Below are positions 43,944-58,638 of a stretch of DNA of 64,000 nucleotides, piece by piece. Position numbers and translations under genes: made by a program. Each line of letters opens with the position of its first letter. The first letter of the stretch is position 1. This DNA is from Octopus vulgaris (Eukaryota): NCBI GenBank assembly GCA_951406725.2, contig OX597817.1, positions 66,526,001 to 66,590,000 of the forward strand, read 5' to 3'. The notes below the pieces were generated by a model. It was not told the DNA's origin. It saw only the letters and a program-made list of their open reading frames with translations, and did not search any database.

Positions 43944-45091
43944 AAATGGAAGAACTACTCAGTCAGGGTGAAACTGAAACTTCAGGACAACAGAAGCAAC
44001 CACTGATGATATTTTGTAAATATACACTCTAAATGATGTTTTAAATAAGGAGGGCCACATTAGGCTAGAATGATTTGATTACAATTGAGGTAATCTGAAT
44101 AGCTTAGAAAATTATAATCTTAACAGTGCTTAAATTTCTAAGCATAACCAATTTAATTTACTCTAAAAGAACCTCCATGGTCATTCAACATGCTATGAAT
44201 AGTAGACAAATATCCCTCAAATCCTACCATATCTTAAAAATTTTAAATCACATTGGATAATGAAATTCTGAAAGAAAACAAATCAACTAGATTGTCTTGA
44301 CTGCAGTACCTTTAACCCTCTAGCAGTTAAACTAGCTAGTTCCAGCCTCTCATACCTACCTACAATGTCATTCTATAAATAAATAATCATCATTAAAATC
44401 TTGAAAGTATGAGATAATGCACAAATAATTCGTAACAATATGAATATATAAGCATTACATTTGACAGAGTAATCTGAATGCTAAAGGGTTATACATACAT
44501 CAGAGGCTAACCTGGGATTAAGCAATAACTTGAATTAAATACCTCATCCTAACTTAGACAATGAAGAAACTGTCACATAGTCTTTCAGCCTGCTAAAAGC
44601 AGTTAAATTTCCTTCAAATTAAACCTACCATATTAAACAAAGGATGCCCGTCACCCTACCTATATATAAAAATAACCTTGAAGCTAATCCATATCAGATC
44701 ACCTCCAATTCCATTGCTTGTTAGCTAAGATCATCTACTCCCTAGCACACACTCCCTCCCTCCCTCCCTCTCTCTCTCTCTCTTTTTTTCGCACTCTCTC
44801 TCTCACATATAGAATGTTCAGTTGAGGTATAGACTCCACAGGCTGCATGTCAGTCTAGACTCCTTCTTTTCAACTCACATTAGAGAAACTCTTTGTCCAA
44901 CTCATATCAGCATGGAAAAAATAACAGACACACAGATGACGATGGTGGTGGTGGGTGGGGAGGCAGCAACAGCAGTTTTTCATGATATAATCCTAGATAC
45001 ATTATGTATAAAGGAGTTATCAGGTATAACGTTCATGCCTTGGTCAAGCAGTAATCCCTCAACTATTGCAGATGCTATGTTTTAAAAACCT

Positions 45092-45156
45092 CATGCTACA
45101 CACATTCCTTCCAAGTACTGTTTACAGCAGTGCTTGGAAGGAATGTGTGTAGCATG
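45092..45156. repeat. Near-perfect 65-nt palindrome/hairpin
   Basis: 29-bp arms CATGCTACACACATTCCTTCCAAGTACTG / CAGTGCTTGGAAGGAATGTGTGTAGCATG (one T:G pair), 7-nt loop. Confidence 0.9.
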
Positions 45157-45204
45157 TGATTGTCATATTGACCATGACAGTGAAAGTTGTCATGGCAATA
45201 CCTG

Positions 45205-45590
45205 CTCAGAGGCCTATGCAAAGTTGCAGAAAGTGTATGGAGAGGAGTGTATGAGCTGCACACAAGTGTACAAGTGGTTCAGATGTTTCCAAGATGTCTG
45301 AAAAAATGTTGATATTAATGAGCGTTCTGGGAGCTCTACAACCAGCAGAACTGAGAAAAAACATCACGGATGTGCACGCAGCTATGAGGGGAATCGCCAA
45401 ATCACCAACCATGAGTTATCAGAGGATGTGCAGACTAGTTACAATTCAGTTCAGTCCATTATCACTGAAGATTTGGGTATGAGATGCATGTCTGCCAAGT
45501 TTGTGCCAAAACTGCTTTCAGCTGACCAAAACGATATTCAGGTTTCCATTGCACAAGATCTTGATTGTGTTTAGAACAATGAAAATTTTT
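45205..45590 (+). pseudogene. Mariner-type transposase N-terminal (HTH) remnant
   Basis: SEAYAKLQKVYGEECMSCTQVYKWFRCF..ERSG and AKFVPKLLSADQ (WVPHEL-like), with stops and frameshifts. Confidence 0.78.
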
Positions 45591-45787
45591 GAATATTTTG
45601 CATAGTCCTTCTCCCTTCCTTAAGCTTGTTGAGGAGTCTCACCTTCTCTGCTATAGTAAGCATATTCCTCTGGCACTTGAAGGTGTAGAGCATTTGGGTG
45701 ACATTGTAGGGCTTGAAATAAATTCACAATTTTATACACAAATACAAGACAACACCACACACTCGCCTCCCAAGTTTTGTTTTCCAT

Positions 45788-46176
45788 GGGATGGAAGCAC
45801 TCTGTCGGTTACGACGATGAGGGTTCCAGTGATCCGAATCAACGGAACAGCCTGCTCGTAAAATTAACGTGTAAGTGGCTGAGCACTCCACAGACACGTG
45901 CACCCTTAACGTAGTTCTCGGAGATATTCAGCGTGACACAGAGAGTGACAAGGCCGGCCCCTTGAAATACAGGTACAACAGAAACAGGAAGTAGGAGTTA
46001 GAGAAAGTTGTGGTGAAAGAGTACAGTAGGGATCACCACCATCCACTGCCGGAGCCTCGTGGAGCTTTTAGGTGTTTTCACTCAATAAACACTCACAACG
46101 CCCGGTCTGGGAATCGAAACCGCGATCCTATGACCGCGAGTCCGCTGCCCTAACCACTGGGCCATTGCGCCTCCAC
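45788..46176 (-). mobile_element. Full-length tRNA-derived SINE (family B) with an 11-bp TSD
   Basis: A and B boxes in the head; flanked by direct repeats TTGTTTTCCAT (45777-45787 and 46177-46187). Confidence 0.88.
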
Positions 46177-47385
46177 TTGTTTTCCATACAGTATGTGCAA
46201 TTCTTTGTTTACTCATCTACAGCACACTACATATTTTCTTTTAATATATTTTGATTAATGTGTTATACTGTGCAGCACTGTACTGTATTTTTTATTCATA
46301 AACTTTTAGGTGTAAAAATGCTTATTTTATCACAGAAATAATTAAAATCTAAAAAAATATAATACCTATCGGCCATAGAAACCTGCGATATACTGAAGAG
46401 TCCACAATATAATTTTACATATACTAGCTAGAAAAAATCAGTGATGTACTGAAGGTATGATAGGTGAACCGTAATATGGCGAGTGATTTACTGTATTAAC
46501 ATAAGAAATAAAATGAAAATGTCTCACAGGCTTATCTCATGGGAACATATTCATTTATCCTTATTTTTAAGTCAGAGATATGCTTAAAATGGTGATTATA
46601 TAACAATAGCAATTTTGCAGTTTGGCAATCTTTTATGTATCTGTGTGTGTGTATATATATATATATTTCTTCTGACTCCCATCTTCTCCCTCACTTTTCA
46701 AATTTGTCACCTTCCATTTCAGCTCTCAAATTGTCAGTTTCCTTATTAAACATCTCATAGTTATCTCCCCTTTCTCGTGATTATTTATCCCCTTCATACA
46801 CCATTTTTCAAATACACTTTCTCAATTATATCCTCCCTTTAAACGCTCTCCAACACATACAACCTTGTCATCCTTCATTCTATTCATTACAAGCGTCTCT
46901 TTTCTCTCTGTACTTAGTTTTTATTATATTTACTGTCTCATCCCTTCTACCCCTCTCTCTCTCAATCAGAAACATCACTCTCCGGTAATCAGTTTTTCAT
47001 CACTGTGAACCAACTTTTCAGTTGGTCTGATCCTGAATTAAGTGACTATATAGTTATAGAACTATTCTTGTATTATTGTTGCTTGATGCATATTTTTCTA
47101 TCGGGCTTTCAAAACTGTCTGAGGGTGGTCATGAAGATCTTTTCATTTCCCCAGTCACCCCAAAAAGCCATTAAAAAAATCAATAAACCAACCCCTTATG
47201 TCCATAAGTTATGGGCATATGGGCATTGCCAAAGTCCAATGAATATTAATTACTCTCATAAAAAGCTCCAACTAGCTCATAAACAACAAAACTGGCCTGG
47301 GCTGAAATGTGATAAGAAACTTAGCTTTTGATTTAGTGAGAAATTTTTACTGCAGCCCAGCAATGAACAACAAGCACCAACACTA

Positions 47386-47414
47386 GACCCGGCAACGCTG
47401 GGTCATAGTGCTAG
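47386..47414 (+). mobile_element. Helitron-type 3' terminus (element probably extends back toward ~46670)
   Basis: GC-rich hairpin GACCCGGC-AAC-GCTGGGTC followed 6 nt later by CTAG|T. Confidence 0.6.
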
Positions 47415-47451
47415 TGTGTGTATATATGTGTGTATGTACGTTTATATATGT

Positions 47452-48264
47452 CAGTGTGTACACATGACAGAGTGTAAGCGCCCTGAGAGAAATGCTGGAT
47501 ATAAGAAGCATTGGATGTGGTGTGCAAGAGAGACGTTTGCGCTGGTATGGTTATGTACTACGGATGGATGAGGAGAGATGTGTGAAGAAGTGCCACTCCC
47601 AAACAGTTGAAGGAATCCGGGATAGAGGTAGACCCAGGAAGACATGGAATGAGATGGTCAAGCATGACCTTCAAATGTTGGGGCTCACAGAGGCAATGAC
47701 GAAAGACCGAGATCTCTGGAGATATGCTGTGACTGTAAAGACCTGACAAATAACGTGAGTTCATGGCTGTTTCCTGCACCAGCTTCACATAGCAGCCCCA
47801 GCCCATCCAAAGTACCTTGGATTGCAGGACGGCCTGCTGTGCTTACCTTGGATCGTAGGGTGACCTGCTGTACTTGAGGAGACCTACTGAGCCAAGTACA
47901 TTAACATCAAAATAAAAGTCAAATGGATATTGTAGTTGTGATACCTGTGCCAGTGGCACGTAAAAAGCACCATCCGAACGTGGCCGATGCCAGCGCCACC
48001 TTGACTGGCTTCCATGCTGGTGGCACGTAAAATGTACCAACCAATCGTGGCTGTTGCCAGCCTCCCCTGGCACCTGTGCTGGTGGCACATAAAAAGCACT
48101 CACTACACTCATGGAGTGGTTGGCGTTAGGAAGGGCATTCAGCTGTAGAAACACTGCCAGATCAGACTGGAGCCTGGTGCAGCCTCCTGGCTTCCCAGAC
48201 CCCAGTCGAACAATCCAACCCATGCTAGCATGGAAAACGGATGTTAAATAATGATGATGATGAT
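47452..48264 (+). mobile_element. RTE-clade LINE 3' fragment
   Basis: VQERRLRWYGYVLRM..RGRPRKTW..DRDLWR; 3' UTR with three GTGGCACRTAAAA subrepeats; (GAT)n tail. Confidence 0.87.
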
Positions 48265-50603
48265 CACCTTCATAAAATATTGTATTCTAACACAAGCACA
48301 AGGCCACAAATGTTGTATGCAGAGTGAATTACATCTCAACCTCAGTGCTTGACTAGTACTTTATTTTATTTCACAACTATTGGAGTGCAAAGCTTTCCTC
48401 ACGAACGCATGTTCATGTGATGGTTGTGATCTATAAACAGTTTGTAGGAACCGGAAAGAGAAGTATGAACATGCACTGCACATGTGCACACTGAATTCGT
48501 AAAATGGAAGAGAACAAAAACACAATATGCATGTCGAAATAAAATAGTAAAGAAAATAAAACAAGTTATATGAAGACCTATATGCCACGTCTGACAGTAC
48601 TATCATGCAGCTTTGCTGCAATTTTCTTGTTGACATTGCCAAGATGAAAGGCATAGTTGACCTTGGCAGAATCTGAACATTTGAACTTAGTATGTAAAGA
48701 GGAATGATCAAATATTACAATATATTTCATCAGATGCTCTACCAATTCTAATATCTTAAATCAACATCTAAAATGCAAGCCCATTGACTTCTAATTTTAG
48801 CTGGTAAAGTAAAGATCAATTTTCATCATTTTCCATCCAGTTTTATTTTGCTGAAAATGTTCAATTCTAGTAGAAAGATGAAACCTTTACATTACTAGCA
48901 GTATTGCAAAGATTAATAGCGATGGCTTCTGTTGTCTAGGAAGATAAGTAATATGGTTTGGGAAATTTTAAAATGCAATAATATCAACAGCATTAAAAAC
49001 ACAAATCAATTATATCAGCTGCAATAGCAGGTCAATATCTAATTAACTATGGTCCCTTGAGATTATTTCAGTTGGACACTCTGCATCCATTATGTTTTCA
49101 CTGGTGAGATTTTTCAATGAGAGATGCATTTATAAATTTTATTTTGAACATTGTAGGTCACTTAATAGTCAGTTGGATAAGGCATTCAGATAGCCTCAAG
49201 TTGACTCAATACCTTGTGAGTAAAATTTAATTGATAGAAACTGTGAGAACCTGTTAAAGAGGGCCATTCCTGTTGGATGGTAGATTTTATCTTATTCAGT
49301 TTCATCCCTCCTTGTGTATCTCCAGCAGTGTACTCTGTTGTAAACATTTGAGCTAGGTTTCTAGTCTTAAGATAAGTTCCTTTTTTGCCACCAGTCTTTG
49401 AGACCCTAAAAGGGGCTGTGGTCATTGTTCTTCCTCTAAGTCATTAACAAAAAAAAAGTTATGATCATGCAAACCTATGATTAAAGGTAGTCTTATTGTC
49501 TTTTTTCAGACATCTTTTTCTCTTTGGCATTGGGCGAGGACATAGTATATCCAGAACTACATTATCCAATATATATTTTCCATTATTAAGATGGTAGTAT
49601 GATTTGAAGGAGAATTCATAGCTTTCCAAGCAAGTAAAGCAAATGTCTATTCATTAGTTTGCTGAGGTGTTTCTTTAACTCCTAATATTTTCTAGTCTTT
49701 ATGGAGCAGGATATAAAAATTTCTTTGAAAGATTGGTTCAGTTGATGTTCATTCTAGATCTTTGCAGACAAGTGATAGGAGGGAAAGCACAAAGAAAATA
49801 GCGAATAATCCTCTTCTTTATACATATCTAGAACATAGAACAGTGATTCTTTTGTCCTGTGTCCTGGATAAGGTACTGAAGTATTTTCTGCTCCAATCAT
49901 TTAGCAGTAGAATTGATAATCACAAGGAATTGAAGTATTTAATGAAGTGTTGTTCAATCTGAAGTAATTTGGTGGTTTACTAATCGAATCAAATTTCAGA
50001 AATGAATAAACAAAGTAGAAAACAATAGTGACTGATCCAGAAAGGTATTAATATTCTGTTAATATATCCTGATTTAGAATACATGATAGAAATGATCAAC
50101 TGTTATTCAAATTCTATTTTTATCTTTTGATCTATTGTTTTTAAATTGCATCTAATTAATATATTTTTTTTAAAAAGTAAATTATGGAATAGTAGGAAAT
50201 GCATATGTACTTAAAATTTCTTTTATTCTTTCACTAGTTGCGGTCATTGGACTATAACCATGATGGGGTACCACCTTCAACATTTTTAGTCAATCTTATT
50301 ATTTCAATACTTATTATTCCAATACTTAACTCAGCCTGGTACTTATTTTATTGATCTTTATTTATTGATTTTACCACAGCAGGGCTGATACCTATGACGG
50401 ACCAGCATCCCATCCAGGTGGGGAACCTATATGTCAATGAAACTGGGAAACCAGCCCTTATGAACCAAGCATGGCTTGAGAAAGGAAAAACAACAACATG
50501 GCTGCTGGGCCAATGAGTTACCTTTTGACATAAACACAACTCAATTCTCTATTCAACCACCATATATGCAAATGCACATTTACATACGCACACACACACA
50601 TCA

Positions 50604-50830
50604 GTGAGGACATGTAGCCCAGTGGTTAGGGTGTTGCACTTGTGATCTTGAAATTGTGAGTTCAATTCTCAGATCAGGTGATACACTGTGTTATTGAGCA
50701 AAACGTTCCATCTCATGTTGCACTACAATCACTTCAACATCTGGCATGTGGCACACTGTGTACCTGTACAGGCAATATCAATTTGATCGAGCAGTTGAGC
50801 TTATGTGTAGCACAAACAGTTGATCATTAT
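50604..50830 (+). mobile_element. tRNA-derived SINE (family B-related)
   Basis: TAGCCCAGTGGTTAGG A box and GAGTTCAATTCTC B box. Confidence 0.6.
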
Positions 50831-51467
50831 AAACAAATTGTCTGTGCATGTTGTTCAGTAAGAAGTTGCAGAACCGTTTTTCTCCAGCTTGAGTGACTTC
50901 CAATATTATTACACACACACACACACAATGGCAAATGATGGTCTTCTACAATTTCATTCTATCAAATTCCACTCACAAGGCATTGGTCAGCCTGAGTTTA
51001 TAACAGAAGTTGCTTGCTGAAAGTGCTGCACTTCACAATGTGGTTGTAAAGCAGACTTCTTAACTAGACACACGCATGCACACACTCAAAGATATATATG
51101 CTTTGTTTTAGATATATATGCATGTGGTCAATAATCCAGCATATGGGTAAAATACATTTTGATCTGCCAAAAGTAGCAACAATATCTCCCTCCCTTTATA
51201 TCCTACCATTTCAAGAAAGAAAGACATGAGGAGTAATGTAGTTTTAGATAAATATTTATCCTTCAGTTGTTTCAGTCACTGGACTGAAGTCATGCTGGGG
51301 CAGCAGCTTAAAGTGTTTAGTTAAACAAATTGACCCTTGTACATATTTTAAAGTCTGGTACTTATTCTTGTTGATCTCTTTTGGCAAAGTTACAGGGCTG
51401 TCAAGCAGAAGGAATGGGTGTAGACAAACACAAAAGATACACGCGTACATACACACATTCATGTGTG

Positions 51468-51525
<58 letters not shown>

Positions 51526-51529
<4 letters not shown>

Positions 51530-53325
51530 GCTCTCTTGAGGTTGTAGATAGTTTCTGTTACCTAGGTGACCAAATTAGCAATGGTAGAGGATGATCTGAA
51601 AATATTGTTTCTAGAATAAGAATTGGGTGGAGGAAGTTCAGAGAGCTATTGCTTCTGTTAGCAACAAAAGGACTTTCTCTCTCAGAGTGAAAGGTAGACT
51701 ATATGTTACTTGTGTGCGAATGGCTATACTCCATGGTAGTGAGACATGAGTTCTGAATGCAGAAGACATGCATAGACTGAAGAGAAACGAAAGTAGTATG
51801 CTCCACTGGATGTGCAACATCAGTGCACATGTATGGCAAAGTGCAAATGTATTGAGAGAAAAGTTGGGCATAAGAGGAATCATATGTAGCATGCAAGAGA
51901 GAAGACTGTTGGTTTGGACATGTGATGCATATGAATGAAGACAGCTGCATAAAGAAGTGCTGATCACTGAAAGTGGATGGCACCTGCAGAAGGGGGTGAC
52001 CCAGGAAGATGTCGGATGAAGTAAGGACCAATCTGAGGAAGTTGGGCCTCATGGAGGAAATGACAATGAACTGTGAGAGGTCTGATGATATGAATTTCTT
52101 GAGAAGACCTAACCATGTCAGTAAAACTGAGTTCTAGAAGTGCTGTGTGTCCCACCCACACTTAACAAGAAAACTTCTCACACACTCTACCACAACAAAC
52201 CAAACTAGTCTCTACATCTCTTCCTCACATTTCAGCTTCATGTACTATGCTTATCTCCACTCCCCAATCTTATCCTCTTGGCCCTGTGCCACTGAATCAT
52301 TGCTCTCCGCTTGCCCATGACCTGCGTGTTCTACCCACATGCCCTGTCTCACTGTATTATCGCTATCTGCTAGTCTCAGACTTGTGTGTCCCACCCACAC
52401 ATAACAAGAAAACTTTTCAGTCACCCTACTCCAAAAACCCAATCTACATCTCCACATCTCTTCTCTTTCTCACATTTCCTCCTTCATACACTATGTCTAG
52501 CTCTCACTCCCAAATCCTGTCCTCATGGCCTTGTTCCTCTGTATCATTGCTATCCAGTAGCCCCCAAACTCTATATATACCCAAGTATTTTGCCACTTAC
52601 TCCCACTCTTTAATCACGCTTCATTCACAATATCCTGCCACTTACATTATAGCGTTCAAACCTCAAGGGCATGCTCTGGCACTTGCCACCATCTATGTCT
52701 TTCTCTTCCTTTATTCAACCATCCCATTTATATTCTGGTCCCTGTTCCTTATGAGTATGCCTGGCATTTTGCCACCATCTCTATCCTGTTGTCTCCCACT
52801 CTCTCTCTCTACTTCTTCTGCACTTATCTTAGGTTGAGTAGCCATTCATCTCCTATGCAGTAGCGTACTTGTTTCTGTCTTCATTCCTGATCTCTCGCTC
52901 CAGCCAAGTAACTTTGTACTTCCTCTACAACAGGATACCTGTTTCTGTCTCTCGGTCTCATTATAAAATTTAATCCTCAATGCCCCCTCTCCTCTTGAAA
53001 GTTTTTCTTTTTGTCTTGCAAGTACTTGGTGACACTGTTAGTGCAGGTGCCACTTAAAAGCACTCAGTCTGCATTGTATAGTGTTTGTGTTCAGATGGGC
53101 ATCCAGCTATAAAAACCTTGCCAAAACTGACCTCGCCTGTGCTTGTGCCACATAAAAATCACTAAGCTCACTCTGTGGGTGGCTAGTGTTAGGAAGGGCA
53201 TCCAACTGTAAAAATCCTACCAAAACAGTCACAGAAGTCTGGTGCAGGCTTCTACTTGGCCAGCTCTTGTGAAACTATCCCACCCATGTTAGCATGAAAG
53301 GCAGACATCAAATGATGATGATGAT
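51526..53325 (+). mobile_element. Degenerate RTE-clade LINE 3' portion with long 3' UTR
   Basis: LEVVDSFCYLG..RIRIGWRKF..LHGSET..LFGHVMHM remnants with stops; same AGGAAGGGCATCCA..(GAT)n tail. Confidence 0.8.
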
Positions 53326-53580
53326 ATCTACTACATATGTGGAAATCTGTGGGTGTGTTTGTTTGTGATGTTGTTATCTAACTCTTCCTACATTGTTTTA
53401 TCGATTTTGATGAAACTTGACATGTGAGTAGAACTCATGCCTGGAAAACTAGTGACATAGACTGTTGAAAAAAAAATCGATAATAGGGCCCCTGGAAGGG
53501 ATTCTTATATCTACTACATATAACTAATATATTATTTTTAAACAGCCAAGGGAAATAACCCATTCACTCCTGAAAGGGAT

Positions 53581-53625
<45 letters not shown>

Positions 53626-53708
53626 GGTCCCGGGTTGATTCGGGGTTAACCACAGTAAGTAAGGTACTCAATACATAGCAGAGTAAAATTAATTTATTAT
53701 ATAGAAGG

Positions 53709-53759
53709 AGCTTCTACAGGACTAGTACTGTTTCATTCAAGAGAAATCTTCAGGAAGCT
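53709..53759 (-). ncRNA. Type I hammerhead ribozyme (inverted pLTR)
   Basis: Reverse complement of 54205-54255. Confidence 0.8.
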
Positions 53760-54204
53760 ATTTAACAAGAATTGTATTAGCATTTATACATTTAGGCAGG
53801 TTTAAAGGAGTGGTGGTGGGGGACTTTTTTGGGGGTAGGCATAGTGCAAAATATCATACTTGGGGGAGTGGTCAAGGAGTCAGTGGTAAGTTAGATGAAA
53901 GAATAGATAAATAAAAAAATAAAATTTTTTTTTTTTTTTTTCTTTATATATATATTTTTTTTATATATATATATTTTTTATATATATTTTTTATTTTTTT
54001 ATTTTTTTATTTTTTTATTTTTTATTTTTTTATTTATTTTTTTATTTTTTTATTTATCTATTCTTTCATCTAACTTACCACTGACTCCTTGACCACTCCC
54101 CCAAGTATGATATTTTGCACTATGCCTACCCCCAAAAAAGTCCCCCACCACCACTCCTTTAAACCTGCCTAAATGTATAAATGCTAATACAATTCTTGTT
54201 AAAT

Positions 54205-54255
54205 AGCTTCCTGAAGATTTCTCTTGAATGAAACAGTACTAGTCCTGTAGAAGCT
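54205..54255 (+). ncRNA. Type I hammerhead ribozyme (5' pLTR)
   Basis: Stem I AGCTTC/GAAGCT; core CUGAAGA; short stem II TTC-TCTT-GAA; GAAA; stem III CAG..CTG around overlapping palindromes AGTACT/ACTAGT; GUA cleavage triplet. Confidence 0.82.
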
Positions 54256-54386
54256 CCTTCTATATAATAAATTAATTTTACTCTGCTATGTATTGAGTAC
54301 CTTACTTACTGTGGTTAACCCCGAATCAACCCGGGACCTACATATCCTAGCACACCCCAGTGCCCTTATAACCATCACCAAGAAAA

Positions 54387-56534
54387 ATGCTGACAAGAAT
54401 CGACCTCGATACTTCCCTGAAGAACATTACTATCCCACCAAGGAAACAGTACCAAAAAGCCCTCATTAGACGGACTGATGAGTTCATCAAAAGAATTCGA
54501 TGGAGATCTTTCTTCTTTCTTCTTCGACAACCCTGATGTAGCATCTACCAGTAATGATAAGTACGGCTTCAAATCAAATAAGGCCCCTCCTACCAACAGC
54601 CTACTTGAACCGTTTGAAGAAGACCTCTTCCTCATGATAAAAAACATCAAATTCAGGAGAGTCAACTTACCTTTCCAAACGGAACTGAATGCGAAGCTTT
54701 CGAAAATGAAAAGCTCCCAGAACCTCCATGTCCCTTCGGACAAGACAAAAAATATTTACGCGGTGACTCCGGATACCTATAATAGACTAGCCGATAACGC
54801 CATCACAGCTAAATACAAGAAAGTAGACAACGCAGCGCTAACTGAAACCAACTTGGCCGGGAAAGAGATTGCCACCTCCCTTAAAATCGACGACCGAACA
54901 GAACCCCTGAGGGTGAAGTCCCCACACTTCACCCTGAAAGACCACAAAGACCATTTCGAAAATAAACCGTCGGTCCGTTTGATTAACCCAACCAAGTCTG
55001 ACATCGGATCCGTCAGCAAGAAGATCCTGGACAGGATTTTACCAAAAATGCGTGAAGCTTCACCCCTTCCACTCTGGAATAGGACCTCCGAGGCAATAAC
55101 CTGGTTCCGGGATTTACCAGATAAAAGCAACACCCGATTCCTACAACTGGATATCGAGGATTACTACGCCTCTATATCGGAGAGCTTGCTGATCGATGCG
55201 ATTAACTTCACCAGGAGGTCCTCCACCATCACCGAGGCCGAGCAAGATGTGATCCTCCACGCACGTAAGACTTTTCTTTTCTATGACGGATCCCACTGGA
55301 TCAACAAAAAATCTGTGACCCCCTTCGACGTCAGCATGGGTGCTAACGACTCTGCTGAAATAAGTGACCTAGTGGGCCTTTTCATCCTCCATAGGCTGAA
55401 AACCCTATTCACAGGCCTCTCCGGTGGTCTTTACCGAGATGACGGCCTTTTCGCCCTCCACAATATAAACCCCAGGACCACGGATGGGTTCCGGAAAAAT
55501 CTTCACACCTTCTTTAAAAACTTAGGCCTTAGGATTACCCTAGAATCCAACTTAACAAAGGCTAACTTCCTCGATGTCACCCTCGACTTAAAAACCTCAC
55601 TTTATTACCCGTACCACAAACCAAATGAATCCCTTAGATATATAGATATCAATTCCAACCACCCCAAAAATATATTAGATAACCTAGTAAAAAGTGTCTC
55701 AATTAGAATCTCTAGCCTGTCCGCCACGGAAGATATCTTTAAGGCCGCAGCCCCCTATTACAACGAGGCCCTGGCCCGCAGTGGTTTTAAAGATAAGATT
55801 ACCTACACTAGTATAGCCCCACGCCAACCCAGGAAAAATAGACGAAGACACATTAGCTGGTACAACCCCCCTTCAACCGTGAGGTCGCTACACCTGTAGC
55901 TAAGATCTTTTTCACTCTCCTACAGAAACACTTCCCCACCCAACATAAGTACTACACTATCCTAAATAAGAACACTATTAGACTCTCCTACTCTACCACG
56001 CCCAATCTAGCCAGGAACCTAGCCAACAACAATGTGAAAAAACTTAACATATCTACTTTCTCCGGGGCCCATCCAACGTCCGATAGCAGTTGCAACTGCC
56101 ATGATAAAACCACCTGCCCCCTCAACAACAACTGCCTACAGAGGGACCTAGTATATAAATGCGAGGTAAGATCAGGCCTTGACGATAAAAGTAAATCCTA
56201 CATTGGAATGACGTCAAACAGCTTTAAGACCCGCTGGTACGCACATACACACTCGTTCCGGCGACAGGATAAATCCAACCAAACTACCCTCGCCGCCCAC
56301 ATCTGGTACCTTAAAAGGAACTCAATCCCCTTCAAGACCAAGTGGAAACTACTACAGAAGGCGCGCTCGTACACAGGAGGACATACCTGCTGTGACCTAT
56401 GCATATCAGAGAGCCTAGAGATCTTGTTCGCCAAAGGCCCTCTCCTTAACAAATTTTCAGAACACTCCCCAAATTGCATGCATAAGAAGTATGCGAACTA
56501 CAAGAACTATAGACCTACCCGGCAACCTGATTGA
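54387..56534 (+). pseudogene. PLE polyprotein (RT + GIY-YIG endonuclease), ~713 aa after correcting two frameshifts
   Basis: MLTRIDLDTSLKNITIP..FIKRIRWRSFFF; PSDKT; FLQLDIEDYYASI; MGANDSAEISDL; LYRDDG; WYNPPFN..RLSYSTTPN; CNC-CP-C; LVYKC..YIG; CDLC..CMH. Frameshifts: a 7-bp TTTCTTC duplication at ~54510 and one C missing from the run at ~55866-55871. Confidence 0.9.
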
Positions 56535-56614
56535 TGACAACCCCCCTACAACCCCCCCCCAACCCCACTGTTCCCCTAGCACCCCCGATTACCTTTTCTC
56601 CTAAGACCTTTCAC

Positions 56615-56767
56615 ATATTGTATGTGCACGCTTGTATATGTGTATCGTATGTATGTATATATGTATAGAAATGCATGGGTACAGTAGGAATATACGCATG
56701 TATTATGTGTGTGTGTGTGTATGTATGCATGTAAAAATATATATATGTATATATATCTGCATATACG

Positions 56768-56802
<35 letters not shown>

Positions 56803-57442
56803 GCTTGTATGTGTGTGTGTGTGTATATATGTATATGTGTTTGTATGTATATGTGTATATACGTATATGCATATGTATGTGTAAATGTATGTGTTTATGT
56901 ATGTGTATGTATGTATAAAATATTATATAATTAGGGCTTAGTAAAATAAAATAAATTACTTTGCCACATACTAAACTTTCTAGAAATAGCAGCCAATAAA
57001 GTTTTTTAGCCTCTTCCACTACTTAGAGAATTTTTTTCCCTCTAACATTGTTTACTCAAAATAATAATGGTCCCTTTACATACTGAATACTTGGTGAAAT
57101 TGATTAATAACTAATTAACTTTACCCTCCCTTGTTGATATATATATATATATGTATATGTGTACATGTATGTATATATGTGTGTGTGTGTATGTGTGTAT
57201 GTATGTATTTGTATATGTGTGTGTGTATATGTATGTGTGCGCGTGTGTGTGTATGTATGTGTATGTATATTTGTATATGTATATGCATGTATATATATGT
57301 GTGTGTATATGTGTATTATGTATGTATTTATATAGATATGTAATTTATATATATATGTATGTATATGCATCTGTCTGTGTGTGTGTATGTGTATATATGT
57401 GTATCATTATTGCGTATGTATACATGTATATGTGTATATGTA

Positions 57443-57519
<77 letters not shown>

Positions 57520-57604
57520 GTATGTACATGTATATATATGTGTGTGTATATATATATATGTTTATATGTGAGTATGTAGAGATATAAGTATATGCATGTG
57601 TATA

Positions 57605-57639
<35 letters not shown>

Positions 57640-57806
57640 GTATGGGTATGTGTATCAGTGTATATGTATATATGTATGTGTGTGTGTATGTATATGTATG
57701 TATATGTGTATATATGTATGTGTATGTGTGTATATATGTGTATATATGTATATGTATGTATGTGTATGTGTATGTATGTGTATATGTGTATGTATGTGTA
57801 TGTGTA

Positions 57807-57854
<48 letters not shown>

Positions 57855-58341
57855 TGCGCGTGTGTGTATGTATGCATATATGTATGTATGCATGTATATG
57901 TGTATGTATATATGTGTGTAAGTGTGTGCATATATGTATATGTAAGTATGTGTGCGTGTATGAGTATGTATGTATGCTTGCACACGTGTATATATGTGTG
58001 TGTGTGTATATATATGGATGCGCGTGCGTGTGTGCACGTGTATGGGTACGCATGTATATGTGTATGTGCGTGTATGTGTATGTATGCATATATGTATGTA
58101 TGCATGTATATGTGTATGTATATATGTGTGTAAGTGTGTGCATATATGTATATGTAAGTATGTGTGCGTGTATGAGTATGTATGTATGCTTGCACACGTG
58201 TATATATGTGTGTGTGTGTATATATATGGATGCACGTGCGTGTGTGCACGTGTATGGGTACGCATGTATATGTGTATGTGCGTGTATGTGTATACGTGTA
58301 TGTATGTATGTGTGTGCGTATATTTGTATATGTATGTGTGA

Positions 58342-58376
<35 letters not shown>

Positions 58377-58586
58377 TGGGGGTGTGTGTATGCGTATAAA
58401 TGCATGTAAGTATGGATGTATGGATGTATGTATGTATGTATACGTATGTATGTGTTTGTGTGTATATGTATGTATGTGTGTGTATGTGTGTATATATATA
58501 TATATATATGTGTGTATATATGTTTGTGTATGTATATATATGTGTATGTATGTGTGTGTATATATATGTGTGTATGTGTATGTATG

Positions 58587-58638
<52 letters not shown>

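Noticed and set aside
46095-46176. tRNA gene
   Set aside because: The A/B boxes belong to a SINE head followed by a SINE body and flanked by a TSD; no complete cloverleaf.
54387-56600. Possible selenoprotein-encoding Naiad (in-frame UGA + SECIS), as reported for some Naiads
   Set aside because: The conserved Cys positions use TGC/TGT, the reconstructed frame has no internal TGA, and no SECIS was recognised.
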